Assembly: GCA_951406725.2 (NCBI GenBank)
Contig: OX597814.1
Location: forward strand, 108,438,001-108,502,000
Length of the DNA: 64,000 nt
Reading direction: 5' to 3'
Source: Octopus vulgaris
Taxonomy: Eukaryota
In this document: one piece after another, positions 27,183-40,560 of the stretch
How positions within the stretch are numbered: the first letter of the stretch is position 1
How the letters are laid out: each line of letters opens with the position of its first letter
Made by a program: the position numbers and the translations under genes
The notes under the pieces: model-generated
The model's database searches: none
What the model was told of the DNA's origin: nothing
Seen by the model: only the letters and a program-made list of their open reading frames with translations

Positions 27183-27880
27183 CAAATCTCTCATTTTCCT
27201 TCATGGTGGCTATATTTAGAGAACTCTTCATCCTTGGTGATCCATCATGGTGACCTACGTATGTGAAGGTATGTGTTTGTGTGTGTGTGAGAGAGAGAGG
27301 GGGGAAATAATCCCTGATAATCCATTGTCACATCTGAATCTTGAAGACTGAGTATTTTCTTTTAGTCCAGAAACAATTTCAGTTCAGTCCACATGCTGGC
27401 CATTTTCAGAGACCAAGAAACTCTATCATTGGGGCCAAACTCATGCATCTCAGATGACACTAACGCATCTTTATTGCTTATCTGTTACTTGTTTTACACA
27501 CTGGAATGTGACCATGTTGGGGCACCGCCTTGACCCCAGGACTCTCTTTTGCTAAGTTACAGCAACGTAAACGAACCAACACCGGTTTTGCATCGGGGGA
27601 GAAAACACAAACTCACACGCACACACTGAACGAAGGGTTAAAGGTGAAGTTGACCTAAGAACTCAGAACGTAAGGAGCTGGAAGAAACGCCTCTAAGCGT
27701 TCTGTTCAACGTGTTAACGACTCTGCCAATTCGTCACGTTATACAGATATATGTATACACCCTCCTCTCCATAAACATACGCCCACCCACACAGATACAG
27801 AAGAAATAAGGCTTGCCACACCTGAAACCAGTTGGATCTATCTACGTTTTATATTGAATTTGGTAACTGTGGATGTATGT

Positions 27881-27940
<60 letters not shown>

Positions 27941-28025
27941 TAGTATACGGTATATTGGAATCTACTATGATATGTATTGTGAAGTGAAGATTACACTGAA
28001 TCTAATAATATTGTTATTATTGATA

Positions 28026-28113
<88 letters not shown>

Positions 28114-28118
<5 letters not shown>

Positions 28119-29189
28119 GATCGCCTTTACCTTCCCAGAGCCCAAGGAGGTCGAGGCCTGATCCAGTTTGAACTAGCTTACAAAACAACCACAATTGGAC
28201 TGGCCAAATATCTCGAAATAACGAATGACTGGATGCTAAAGCTCGTGGAAAATCACGAGAGACGAAAGAAGCTTCATTCTATCATAAAGGAAAGCAAAAA
28301 ATTTGCTATTGATCTCGTGCAGGATACCCAAACTGAACAACCCGAGGGAAGTACGGCAACTATTGTTGCAAAGAAGGTAAAAATAATGGCAACGAAAAAA
28401 GCGCACGAGCAATTGGCTGATAGGTGGGAGGAGAAACCTCTGCACGGCAAATATGTGGCCCGCAGCAAACAAGCTGATGTTGACCAGAGGCAAACCCATC
28501 AGTGGCTACGGAGCTCAGGGCTAAAAGCAGAGAGCGAAGGTTTCATTCTGGCTGCTCAAGATCAAAGCCTATTAACCCGGAACTACCAGGCCAATGTGAT
28601 GAAAAATGGAGCAGACCCAAAATGCCGATTCTGCAACGACATGATTGAAACAGTGGACCACCTAATCTCTGGATGTAAAGTCTTAGCACCAGTGGAGTAT
28701 AAATTAAGACATGACAGAGTTGGCCAATATCTACACTGGCTAATAAGTCGGCATTACAATATCAAAACTGCCGACAAGTGGTATAATCACCACCCTGAGG
28801 CTATAACTGAAGGAGAAAATGTAACCATTCTGTGGGACTTTCCAGTACATACAGACCGAATCATCAAGGCCAATAAACCAGATATTGTTGTGAAAGACCA
28901 AAACAATAAAGTTTGCTTATTGATCGACTTGAGCATCCCCTGTGATCATAATATCTCAGCGAAAGAGTTTGACAAGCTCAGAAAATATAAAGACCTACTC
29001 ATTGAAATTGAGAAAATGTGGCATCTTAAGGCGGTTACAATACCAGTGATCGTAGGAGCACTAGGAATGATCAAGAAGGGAACCGAAAATTATATGAGAA
29101 TGATCCTTGGCTTACCATCCCTGCAAGAAGTGCAAAAGATTGTCTTAACTGGTACATCACACGTATTGAGAAGAGCATTGTCGATGTGA
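28114..29189 (+). CDS. Truncated polyprotein C-terminus: RT thumb, CCHC zinc finger and PD-(D/E)xK restriction-like endonuclease
   Basis: RLYLPRAQGGRGL; AAQDQSLLTRNY; CRFC...ETVDHLISGC; RHD; KPDIVV..LIDLSIP; DKLRKYKDL; no stops over ~358 codons. Confidence 0.85.
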
Positions 29190-29365
29190 GAACTGTTGCT
29201 GCTCATGTATTTTAATTTAACTTAAAAAAAAAAATTTTTTTTAAATGAACGAACTATTGAGTTTGGTTTAATGGCCTACCAATGTATACTATGAGTTTCT
29301 TTGCCCTAGGAGTCGGGAAGACACTCGGCAAGAAATGGAAGCAAATTTGAAAGAAGAAAAAAAAA
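28114..29365 (+). mobile_element. R4/Dong-like non-LTR retrotransposon, 5'-truncated, embedded in (TAA)n
   Basis: (AAT)n on both sides; open ORF to 29189 then ~175-bp 3' UTR. Confidence 0.9.
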
Positions 29366-29389
29366 GTAATAATAATAATAATAATAAAT

Positions 29390-30089
<700 letters not shown>

Positions 30090-30114
30090 TAATAATAGTA
30101 ATAGTAATAATTAA

Positions 30115-30273
30115 ATATTGTATGTGTATTTATGAACATGGATGTATGTATAAGTTCCAGTATATATGAATATATATGTATATGATGAATTGTCTATTTG
30201 CTTGGACGTATAGTTTAATTGTGCCTATATATGTATTTATATACATGTAAAGGTGCATATATTTTGATTATGC

Positions 30274-30356
<83 letters not shown>

Positions 30357-30745
30357 ATATATGCTTATATTTATATATATTAAATTGTACGTGTATCCTG
30401 TTTCATGTATATATTTATATTTTGAAAGTACTTTATAATCTCTGACGAGGCGTATGGTTATATATAAGGCATTTTTTAAATGCCTACAACCTCAATATAA
30501 TTGACAACTATAGGCAGAGAAAATGACTTTTTTCCATAGGCTGAAACAACTGTAAGAGTGATTTTAATGATTTCAATAATTTATTTTAAGGTGTTTTAAT
30601 TGTATTCTTATCTTATATGTATTGCATTTTAATGTATATATGTATGTTATTATGGTTCTCGTTTTGTTAAATAAATAAGTCAACATTCAAATATCCTAAA
30701 GCTGATAAACCAACAAAATTGTTTCTCCATTTTCTTATTAGTAAT
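30115..30745 (+). mobile_element. AT-rich Penelope-like non-coding repeat carrying a hammerhead motif
   Basis: Reverse-complement homolog at 46795-47445. Confidence 0.7.
30439..30557 (+). ncRNA. Hammerhead motif with long stem II insert (family D)
   Basis: tct-CTGACGA-GGCGTATGG...CCATAGGCT-GAA-ACAACTGT-A-aga. Confidence 0.7.
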
Positions 30746-30896
30746 ATATATATATGCATACATATATATCGTGTATATATCATATATATATATATAAAGT
30801 TAATCCAAACAAGAAAGCACAAAAAAACACATCATCGCGAGGACGTGGAACAAATATAGTATTATTGGACGCTCAGGAGAGAAGGAAAGAAGGAGG

Positions 30897-30931
30897 GTTT
30901 AACGTTTCGAGTGGAGCTCTTCGTCGGAAAC
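30897..30931 (-). ncRNA. Minimal hammerhead motif (family A), U4C mutated
   Basis: gttt-CCGACGA-A-GAGC-tcc-ACTC-GAA-ACGT-T-aaac. Confidence 0.55.
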
Positions 30932-31001
30932 ATAGGAGAAGGAAAGATCCAGAGGAGGGAAGACAGAGGATAAAAATCGCCAACGGTACACACGAGGTCA
31001 C

Positions 31002-31073
<72 letters not shown>

Positions 31074-31082
31074 TGTATATAT

Positions 31083-31112
<30 letters not shown>

Positions 31113-31114
<2 letters not shown>

Positions 31115-31295
31115 GGCACAGGAGTGACTGTGTGGTAAGTTGCTTACTTACCAATCCCATGGTCCCGGGTTCAGTACCACTGCGTGGCACCTTGGGCAAT
31201 TGTTTTCTACTATAGCCCCGGGCCGACCAAAGCCTTGTGAGTGGATTTGGTAAACGGAAACTGGAAGAAGCCTGTCGTATATACATGTATATACA

Positions 31296-31334
<39 letters not shown>

Positions 31335-31518
31335 TTGGTGTCTGTGTTTGTCCCCCAACATCGCTTGACATCCGATGTTGGTGTGTTTACGTCCCCGCAA
31401 CTTAGCGGTTCGGCAAAAGAGACCGATAGAATAAGTACTAGGCTCACAAAGAAGAAGCTCTGCTCGACTAAAGGTGGTGCTCCAGTATGGCTGCAGTCAA
31501 GTAAAAGAGTAAAAGAGA
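31113..31518 (+). mobile_element. SINE family 1, near full length, with internal (TG)n
   Basis: Head, CACCTTGGGCAA core-like block and tail ...GTAAAAGAG all present. Confidence 0.9.
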
Positions 31519-31892
31519 ATATATTATATATATATATATTCTTTAATTCTTTTATTTGTTTCAGTCATTTGACTGTGGCCATGCTGGACCACCGCCTTTA
31601 GTCGACCCCAGTCGTTTCGGACATTCGAGTTCTTCATCAGAAAAAAAAAAATGATGGTGGAAAGGAAGAAGAAAGAAAGAAAAAAAGGATTAAGGGCCAA
31701 GTAGGAATGCGATTCTATGGGGGAGAAGTTACAACAAAAATAATATGATTGTTAATGTAAATGTGATTGTTAATTATTTACTGACTAATCGACTGATCGA
31801 TCAATAAATTCAATCATTGATGTTCATACATTATTTACATTATTTACATTATTTATATTTGACGGATATTTGTCCTGATCTTGTTTGTTGTT

Positions 31893-31938
31893 AACACAAC
31901 GTTTCGGATGAAATACCCTCCAGCCTTCATCAGGTGTC
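31893..31938 (-). ncRNA. Minimal hammerhead motif (family B), core intact
   Basis: gacac-CTGATGA-A-GGCTG-10nt-CATCC-GAA-ACGT-T-gtgtt. Confidence 0.7.
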
Positions 31939-31949
31939 TTGGGGAAATT

Positions 31950-32000
<51 letters not shown>

Positions 32001-32126
32001 GTAATGATAATAATAATAATACTTAAGACTATATAGGACCGAGGTAACTCATCCAGAAGTTATACACAAATATACCTCCGTCCTATGTAGTCTTAATAAA
32101 AAATGAAGTAGACTGACATGTAATTT

Positions 32127-32169
32127 TTGAACCTGTGGAAGGCACGCTAGATGCCGAAATATCGTTCAA
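32127..32169 (+). ncRNA. Minimal hammerhead motif with perfect helices and A6U core (family E)
   Basis: ttgaac-CTGTGGA-A-GGCA-cgctaga-TGCC-GAA-ATAT-C-gttcaa; 6-bp stem I, 4-bp stem II, palindromic stem III. Confidence 0.7.
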
Positions 32170-32193
32170 CCAATTTCACATGATATGACATTC

Positions 32194-32240
<47 letters not shown>

Positions 32241-32446
32241 TTCAGACAAATATATAACAAAAACACCAGGACTTACAAATATATATAACATACAGAAAAT
32301 TGCACTACTGGGCACTGCACACATCCTACGCAAAACACTTTCAATACAGTAACCATAAGAGCATCACAGCAAACCACAGCACATACCCAAGGCACACAGA
32401 GCTGTGCTCGATAGTGAAGTGAAAGTAGGTTATAAAAATAAAACTA

Positions 32447-32452
<6 letters not shown>
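32241..32452 (+). mobile_element. R4/Dong-like LINE extreme 3' end within (AAT)n
   Basis: SDKYITKTPGLTNIYNIQKIALLGTAHILRKTLSIQ* plus UTR. Confidence 0.8.
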
Positions 32453-32535
<83 letters not shown>

Positions 32536-32598
32536 TAATAACAACAACAACAACGAAAAATACCTTAGGATTGAAAACCTAGGTTCGAAATTCCCCAA

Positions 32599-32644
32599 GA
32601 CACCTGATGAACGCTGGAGAGTATATTAGCCGAAATGTTGTGTT
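32599..32644 (+). ncRNA. Minimal hammerhead motif (family B), degenerate helices
   Basis: gacac-CTGATGA-A-CGCTG...TAGCC-GAA-ATGT-T-gtgtt. Confidence 0.55.
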
Positions 32645-32837
32645 AACAACAAACAAGATTAGGATAAATATCCGTCAAACATAAATAATGTAAATAATGT
32701 ACATAATTCCTCATCTCTTAAATATAGAACTGCATTATTCATGTTCATATTCCATAAATTCGCTGTCAGAGCCATGTATAATATGCGGGGACGTTTGGGT
32801 TTTCCCATGAAAGTTTGATAAATGCGGATAACAACAA

Positions 32838-33225
32838 TAACAAGGCCAACAATTTCAGGGGAAGTGGTAATTCGATTAGATCTACCCCAGTACTCAACAG
32901 GCATATAACTTATCGACCCCGAAAGGATAAAAGGCAAAGTTGATCTCGACGGAATTTGAACTCGGAGCGTAAAGGCGATTCTGTCAGATTGTTGTCGTCG
33001 TCTTCACTATAGGCAGAAGGCCTGAAATTTGGGGGATGGGAGGTGGGGGGATTAGTCGATTACATTGACCCCAGTACTTAACTGGTGCCTTTTATCGACT
33101 TCGAAAAGATGCAAAAAAAAAGAAGAAGAATCGGCTTCGGTGGAATTTGAACTCAGAACGTAAAGACGAAGGAATGCCACTAAGCTTTTTACCCGGCGTC
33201 CTAACGATTCTGCCATCACGCCGCT
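32838..33225 (-). mobile_element. Two adjacent SINE family 2 copies
   Basis: ATCGACCCCGAAAGGAT.AAAGGCAAAGT.GA.CTCG.CGGAATTTGAACTC. Confidence 0.8.
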
Positions 33226-33491
33226 TTAAAAAAAGTATTTATATAATAATAATACGAAGAGTAAGGGATAGAAAAAGAAACAAATTGATGCACACACACA
33301 TACGTACACACACATCTGCACACATCCACACACATACATACATACTCACAATGCATGCATACGTACATACATACATGCATGCATCCACGCATGCATACAT
33401 ATATTCATATATACATACATATATTCATACATGCATACATACATAGGTGAATGCATGCATGTATAGATACAAGCATTCATACATATTCATA

Positions 33492-35354
33492 TCTATATAT
33501 ATAAAACAAAGGATGTGTGTGTAGTTTTCAACGGATTTTCACCAAACTTTATACATACATTACTTCTGTGCTATGGATGGCCATGCACTATAACATTTTG
33601 CTAAAAGCTCCCGTGTAAAGCGAGAAACCGGGAAAATGGTGTTTTACACGGGGTTTTTCTCTAAAAACTTCTGCATCTCTCCGCTTTCTCTCTCTGTATT
33701 TATTTCTCTTTTCTCCCTCTTTTTCTCATTCTCTGTTTCTCTTGCTTACACATGTTCTTTCTCACCCTCTGTAATAGTTCCTCTCTTTTAGTCTGTCGTT
33801 TTTTCACTCTCTCTCTCTTTCTTGTTAACTCACTCAGACACTTACTAACTTCTGTCTACAAATTGAGCTCCGTGTATTTCAATTAGTCGTGCATAAAAAT
33901 CTCAGTTGTTACAGTTTTTGTACGTTCTCCCTGATGAATAATTCAGTTATTCTTAATTTTTGTTCAATCAGTGTGTTTAAATTCAGTTTTGTCACATTTG
34001 CCTAAAAATCTACTTCAGTGAAGTTCAATTTTGTCGTGCGTAAATATCTTTGTCTTTGCGGTAATTTATACGTTCTCCCTACAACATTACTTAACTTATT
34101 AAAAATGTTTTGCACTCCGTCTATTTAAATACACTATTTACATTTCTCCCTCTATCGTAAAACGTGCGTGCGTTTGTACATGTGTACGTATGACTGCTAT
34201 GGGCCACATACAGCCGATAAGCCTTTATTACTTACCAATGAGATTTCAACCACGCAATTGAGCGGTTGAAAAGACTATCCTAAAGCGACACAAGTTTTTC
34301 ACTCAAGCTATTTTCTTCTAGTGTTTTATACTCTCAAACGAGGTTTGTGAGTTCTGTCTAAAAATTGACTTCCTTGTCTATATACATAAAATACTTTGTC
34401 TGTCTGTCCGTTCCCTATGCATTCTCAAACGGCTCAAATCAAATCAAATTTTACAAGGTAATAGTATCAGACCCCGTGAGTATCAACATGTAATTTTTCT
34501 TTTCATTTGGATTAAAACAATATAACATTGGCACTGATTCAGTATTACATGTCAAAAGTGAAAGAATAAGATCTACATTGTAATGTGATATAATATTGTT
34601 TCACTTTTATTCTTTCAATTTTCATTCTAAACCTGTACTATTGTTACACTTTTATTCTTTTACATTTAATTCTACTGTGATGAATAAATGAATAATTTAT
34701 ATCCTAATGTGAACAACATTACACATCGGCAACTTTCCGTCTTTACCACCATGACAGCGGAATGATATGTCAGTGTGTGTGTGTTGACTGACATAACGAA
34801 CGGCTGGAGGTGAAACTCTTGACAAAAAACAATTAGGCGGTCCAAGGTGTATAAAAATACACATTTACCGTTCAATTACCTGTTCATAATTATCGCAGCA
34901 GTTACAAGGCTGCAAGGTATTTGCAATTACATACTTACCTTTAAATTAATGGATTCTCAATAGAGAAGGGAAATGTGAAATTCCCAACATCAGCAAAGAC
35001 ATGCCGCATCGCATCAAATGGAGTCTCAATACAGCAGGGAGATAAGACTTTCTCAAGATCAGCAAAGACATGCTGCAGCACGTCAGATGGAATCTGAAGA
35101 GAGATGCGAGATGAGATTTTCTCAAAATCAGCAAAAGCAGGTACATACCCAACACCCTCAATTTTCCATGACAAGTTAGGGCCAGGAATACTCCAAACGG
35201 ACGCATGTCGCTTAGTCGAATTAGCTCATTATTTACTCCATAAATGTTTTCTCGTCAATGCTACACTTTCCCATATCACCTGTTTCAACATAACTGTAAT
35301 ATATATACAAACTATGTCATTTTAATCCCGAGCAACGCCGGGTATCTCTGATAG
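33492..35354 (+). mobile_element. Non-autonomous Helitron region (probably two 5' ends, at 33492 and 34377)
   Basis: TCTATATA..TAAAA starts; 3' CCCGAGCAACGCCGGG-TATCTCTG-ATAG-T; STPR-like repeats inside. Confidence 0.65.
34949..35142 (+). pseudogene. About three 69-bp/23-aa STPR-like repeats (Helitron Rep N-terminal remnant)
   Basis: MDSQ*RREM*NSQHQQRHAASHQ / MESQYSREIRLSQDQQRHAAARQ / MESEERCEMRFSQNQQK. Confidence 0.6.
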
Positions 35355-35455
35355 TATAAATATATATATATATGTATATATATATATCAAGTTAAATGAA
35401 GAAAAGAAAATGGAGAGTAGGAAGTTAATTATTATTAACAAATTGCTCATCTTTA

Positions 35456-35552
35456 CTACTTACAGCCGTTTCAATTAATATTCAATAATTTAATTGAGTA
35501 TTTGCACATTAAATTTGCATTTATGTAACATGAGCATAATTTCATCAGAGAA
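35456..35552 (-). ncRNA. Hammerhead motif with long AT-rich stem II insert (family F)
   Basis: ttct-CTGATGA-AATTA...TAATT-GAA-ACGGCTGT-A-agtag; inverted partial copy at 35608-35712. Confidence 0.6.
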
Positions 35553-36190
35553 AAGGATATACTTTGAGATGTTACATGCCGACCTTTCAGTTCATTTCAG
35601 CAGACGGCTCATGTTACATAAATGGAAAATTTAATGCACAAAGTTGTAATTAGATTATTGAGTATTAATTGAAACGGCTGTAAGAAGTAAAGATTACATA
35701 TTTGTTAATAATGAATTATTATTATTTAATGATTTATTATTAAAAAAAGCTTATAAGCGATCACTGCGCAATGACTAAAGAAAATAGTCTAAATAATGAG
35801 GCATATAGGCCCTCGAAAGAAAAAAGTATGTTTTCCCGTACGCGTGGGACTGAAATCCACACATCTTTGTTTACACGAAAAATCGACGTTGCTTGAAAAA
35901 AACCATCGCAGTAAAAGCACATGAAAGTTTGTTTGCAAAAACAACTACGAACAAAAGATAGTTCTTAAATCTGGCTGAAAGATTATAAATTATGTAAAAT
36001 TACCCACAAGGTAGGTAATTTTATATACTAACGTAATTTCATCCTTATTTATATAACCATATAATGATATAAAGAATATATATATATATATATATATACA
36101 TAGTGAGAATTTACCAAAAAACAAAAGCTGAAGACGGGTGTGTAAACAACAAACAGATGTATTAGTTCAACGCTCGGGAAGTGAGAAAGT

Positions 36191-36226
36191 CTTTTACGTT
36201 TCGAGCCTACGCTCTTCGACAGAAAG
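36191..36226 (-). ncRNA. Minimal hammerhead motif, A6U family (family C), best-preserved copy
   Basis: cttt-CTGTCGA-A-GAGC-gtag-GCTC-GAA-ACGT-A-aaag. Confidence 0.7.
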
Positions 36227-36316
36227 GAACACAGAAATAAACGGAGAGAAAATAGAAAAAGGTTTAGTGGGTAGCGATCTGTCATGGCGAGTGTATATAT
36301 ATATATACATACATAA

Positions 36317-36415
<99 letters not shown>

Positions 36416-36437
36416 CACACACACACACATACATACA

Positions 36438-36473
<36 letters not shown>

Positions 36474-37023
36474 TACGTACATATACGCATGCATATGTGT
36501 GAAGACACACGAATTAATGGCTAGGGTGTCGTGGGTTCGATTCCCAGACCGGGTGTTGCGCTGTGTTATTGCGCAAAGCACTTCATTTCACGTTGCTCTA
36601 CGATCCTCTTGTCATCTGACATGTGGCACTTGGTGCAAATTAAAATGGAAATATCCCAGTGGAGTCTTTTTTTCTTATTTTGTTATTTCTACGGCCAGAC
36701 AGATTGCACCAGATCATTCATCAGATCAGGCCGGCCGTCTATACACTGATAAGACTGTTGCTCCCTGTCACTAGGTATCGTGAAAATCCGATGCCTTGTC
36801 GGGTAGAAGGGTGCCGCGGTGAGCACGGCAGCAGCGGATACAAGTTCGGGGAACCTAATTGCTGGAGCAATAAACTTATGCACGGGCATTGATGGCATTT
36901 TGCATGGGCAATGGTCAGTGATGGTCTTCCTCGTTCACGAGTGGATAGTCATCATCATGATCATCGTCATCATCATCCTCGTCGTCGTCGTTGTCGTCAT
37001 CATCATCATCTACACACACACAC

Positions 37024-37081
<58 letters not shown>

Positions 37082-37193
37082 GCGCACAACCCTTTATTTT
37101 CATGCTATTATTTATGTTTCAAGAAACTTTGCTCCAAATAAAAATCATTTCACGTTCTCTCGAAGATTTATAAATTGTTATGACGTCAACAAT

Positions 37194-37234
<41 letters not shown>

Positions 37235-38504
37235 ATATATATATATATATATATACATATAAATATTCATGCAGATACGAATGCGTAGTTGCTGGGTACA
37301 CAGATGTTGGAATGAACTGTCAGGCAAAATTTGACGTTAATGTCTGGAAATACTTCGAATATTTTAAATATTTTGAAGAAATGCTAATTTATGTTTGTAT
37401 TTATGTGAAAGAAGTACCAAACCTCAAAGGAATTTGTAACGTTGAAGTGAGACAAGAGCAGGTTTCAGGTATCCGACTCGGCTACACAAGAACTTAATTC
37501 TACGTAATGATATTTACCAATTCTTTAGTTCCATAGCGATTTAGTGTATGGTGAAATAAAAGAAGAGAGAAAGAAACGCATTTGTAAGAAAATGGAAGAA
37601 AGGAGATTGCGTGGACTTCATAAAGTGTCTTGCTCAAGGGCACAACCACTGCCGGTAACAGAACTCATGACGTTACAATCATGCGCCGTATACCTTAACC
37701 ACTGAGCCACGCGCTTCCACATTGCCTGCGCTCTTTACTCTCTCTCTGTCTTTCTCTCATCCCCATCCTTCCTCTCTCTCCTCTTCCTATTTCTCTCTTG
37801 CCTCTCTTAATATTTCTACTCCCTCTCTTCTTCCTCTCTTCCTCTTTCTCTTCTCCGTTTCGGGCATTTCGTGTTTATGAATGGCTGATTCTTTTGCATG
37901 TACCCCCGCGACTACTGGGGGGGGGGGAGGAAAGAAGTTAGTCACAGAAAGAAGACCTGGATCGAATACAGGGCATTCTTATGTTACCCAGAGGCCTCAC
38001 TAGTTTAGGGGGCCAATTCTGATCCATGTATGGTGTGGTTTGCGGTCAATAAATAAATACTATAGAGCCCAGGCCATTGAATTGCCGCGGGTCCACAATA
38101 CTGCCAAGTCGGTTCTGATCGGACGTTTGTAAAAATGGGTTCCCCTAAGAGACGTTAAAGGATCATGTTTTGAATCCGGTGACACTCCCACTAGCACTAT
38201 CACCATCAACATTACCTACACCACAATTAATGCCACTATTGATACTAATACTACTACTGCTGGATGAGATGGTCACGGCTGGGACGTCCTCAATCAGAGC
38301 TGCTCAGTCAAGGATAGGATTGGTCTCTTTGACCAGCGTCACCGCAATTTCCATCAACCAAATGTCAGTCACAAGGCTTTGGTTGATATGAAGCTATGAA
38401 AGAAGATACTTTGTCCGAGGCGAGGCGGGGTGAAATTGAACCTGAAACCACTTGGTTTAGTTGTGAAAGGGATTTCTTAACAACACGGCAATGCATGCGT
38501 CCTT

Positions 38505-38805
38505 TACTGGTTCTCCGTCGGTTACGACGACAAGCGTTCCAGTTGATCTGATCAACGGAACAGCCTGCACGTGAAATTAGCATACAAGTGGCTGAGTACA
38601 CCACAAACACGCCTACTTTTAATGTAATTCTCAGGGAGATTCAGTGTGACACAGAATGTGACAAGTCTGTCCCCTTTGAATTACAGGTACAATTAATATT
38701 TGTCAGATGAGTGGAATGGAGGAAACGTGTGTTGGTCAAGGAAGCAACGAACCGCCAGGAATCGAACTTGCGTCCTTACGATCGTGAGCCGATCGCATCC
38801 TTACC
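38505..38805 (-). mobile_element. SINE family 3
   Basis: Reverse complement of the 58297-58675 tail (GTTGATCAGATCAACTGGAAC). Confidence 0.8.
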
Positions 38806-38919
38806 GCAAAGCCAAACGCTTTCAGAACAGACTCTATGACACTACACTGTTTGACCTCCTCTGGGTGGACTCTCGTGTTAGACCGATTGACTGGAAAAGA
38901 ACGTGTCTCTAATGAGCAA

Positions 38920-38956
38920 GCATCATCATCATCACCATCACCACCACCACCAGCAC

Positions 38957-39004
<48 letters not shown>

Positions 39005-39168
39005 TATCATCATCTTCATTACCACTACTATTATCATCATGAACACCCACTCATACGTTGTCATCATTGTCATCATCAAAATCACCATAGTCATGATCAT
39101 CGTTATCCTCCTCCTCATCATCATCATCATTATCATCATCATCTTCATCATCACCATCACCACCACCA

Positions 39169-39202
<34 letters not shown>

Positions 39203-39541
39203 TCCATCATCACCATCACCACCACCATCATCATCATCATCATCATCGTCATCTCCACCACCACCACTAATCCTCACCATCACCATCGTCAAAATTACCA
39301 TTGGCATGATCATCATTATCCTCCTCCTCTTCCTTCTCCTCCTCGTCCTGCTCCTGCTCCTCGTCCTGCTCCTGCTCCTCCTCCTCATCATCATCACCAC
39401 CACCACTACCATCACCACTACCACCGTCACTACTGCCACTCTCTCCACCACCAATAACCCCCACCACCGCCGCCGCCACCATCACCACTACCACTACCAC
39501 CACCACCACCACCACCACTTCCACATCATCATCATCATCAA

Positions 39542-39594
<53 letters not shown>

Positions 39595-39600
39595 ACAACA
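38920..39600. repeat. (CAT)/(CAC)/(CCT) compound trinucleotide tract
   Basis: Seen directly. Confidence 0.95.
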
Positions 39601-39878
39601 AACAGCATCTATCAAATCAGTCGCTAATTTTTTCTTTCTTTCTTTTTCAAATTTGAAATCCTTAAAATGTTTGCTCGGTGGTTTTTCTCCGATAATTCTG
39701 GAGATAAAAGCGAAATCCTTCCAATGCTGCGCAGGAAACGGTTTGATGTTGTGAAGGGTTAAAGAGTTCAACACCGTTTCTTAGTCTTTTCTCTTACTCT
39801 CTTCCCGCTCTTATCGATTTCTCGCTGATCATTGAAACTTGTCACTTATTACGTTATATTAACGTCCTTCTAATGAAC

Positions 39879-40200
39879 GAGCGTGGCTTAGTGGTTAGGG
39901 TAATCGGCTCACGGTCGTAAGGTTGTGAGTTCGATTCCCAGGCGGTAGGTTGTGATCTTGAACAACACACTTTATTTCAAGTGGCTCCAGCCCACTCACC
40001 TGACAAAAATGAGTTGTATCTTTAATTCAAAAGGGGCCAGCCTTGTCACGTTCTATGTCACACTGAATCTCCTTGAGAACTACACTAAGGGTATGTGTGT
40101 CTGAGGAGTACTCAGTCACTTGCACGTTAATCTCACGAGCAGGCTGTTCCGCTGATCGGATCAACTGGAACCCGCATCGTCGTAACCGACGGAGTGCCAG
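39879..40200 (+). mobile_element. SINE family 3, near full length
   Basis: A box GTGGCTTAGTGG and B box AGTTCGATTCC; tail shared with the 58297 copy. Confidence 0.85.
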
Positions 40201-40219
40201 TTAATGTTCTCTATCTAGA

Positions 40220-40355
40220 TATTCTTTTCTACTCTAGGCACAAGACCCGAAATTTTGGGGGACGCGGGGCCAGTCTATTAGATCGACCCCAGTACGCAGC
40301 TGGCACTTAATTTATCAACTCCGAAAGGATGAAAGGCAAAGTCGACCTCGGCGGT
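40220..40355 (-). mobile_element. SINE family 2, 3' part
   Basis: GAAAGGATGAAAGGCAAAGTCGACCTCGGCGG. Confidence 0.8.
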
Positions 40356-40422
40356 TCTCTTATTAGATATTAAGGTGATTAAGGTGAATATTTATGCTGT
40401 TGATCAACAAAATTGGATCGGT

Positions 40423-40560
40423 TATCGTAAATCCTCGAGTATAGTCCGCCCTTGAGTATAATACGCAGGGGATTTTTAGGGGGCTGTACCTCTGAAAAAG
40501 CTAAACCTCGTGTATAATACGCACCCCTTCTCTAGCTTGAGTCGTGCGTAATTAAGCCAG
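40423..40560 (+). mobile_element. Probable pogo-type DNA transposon end
   Basis: TA-TCGTAAATCCTCGAGTATA with subterminal repeats GTATAATACGCA. Confidence 0.45.

Noticed and set aside
27873-28113. N-terminal part of the 438-aa ORF
   Set aside because: It is (TA)n and (AAT)n read-through in frame with a 5'-truncated LINE; real homology starts near 28114
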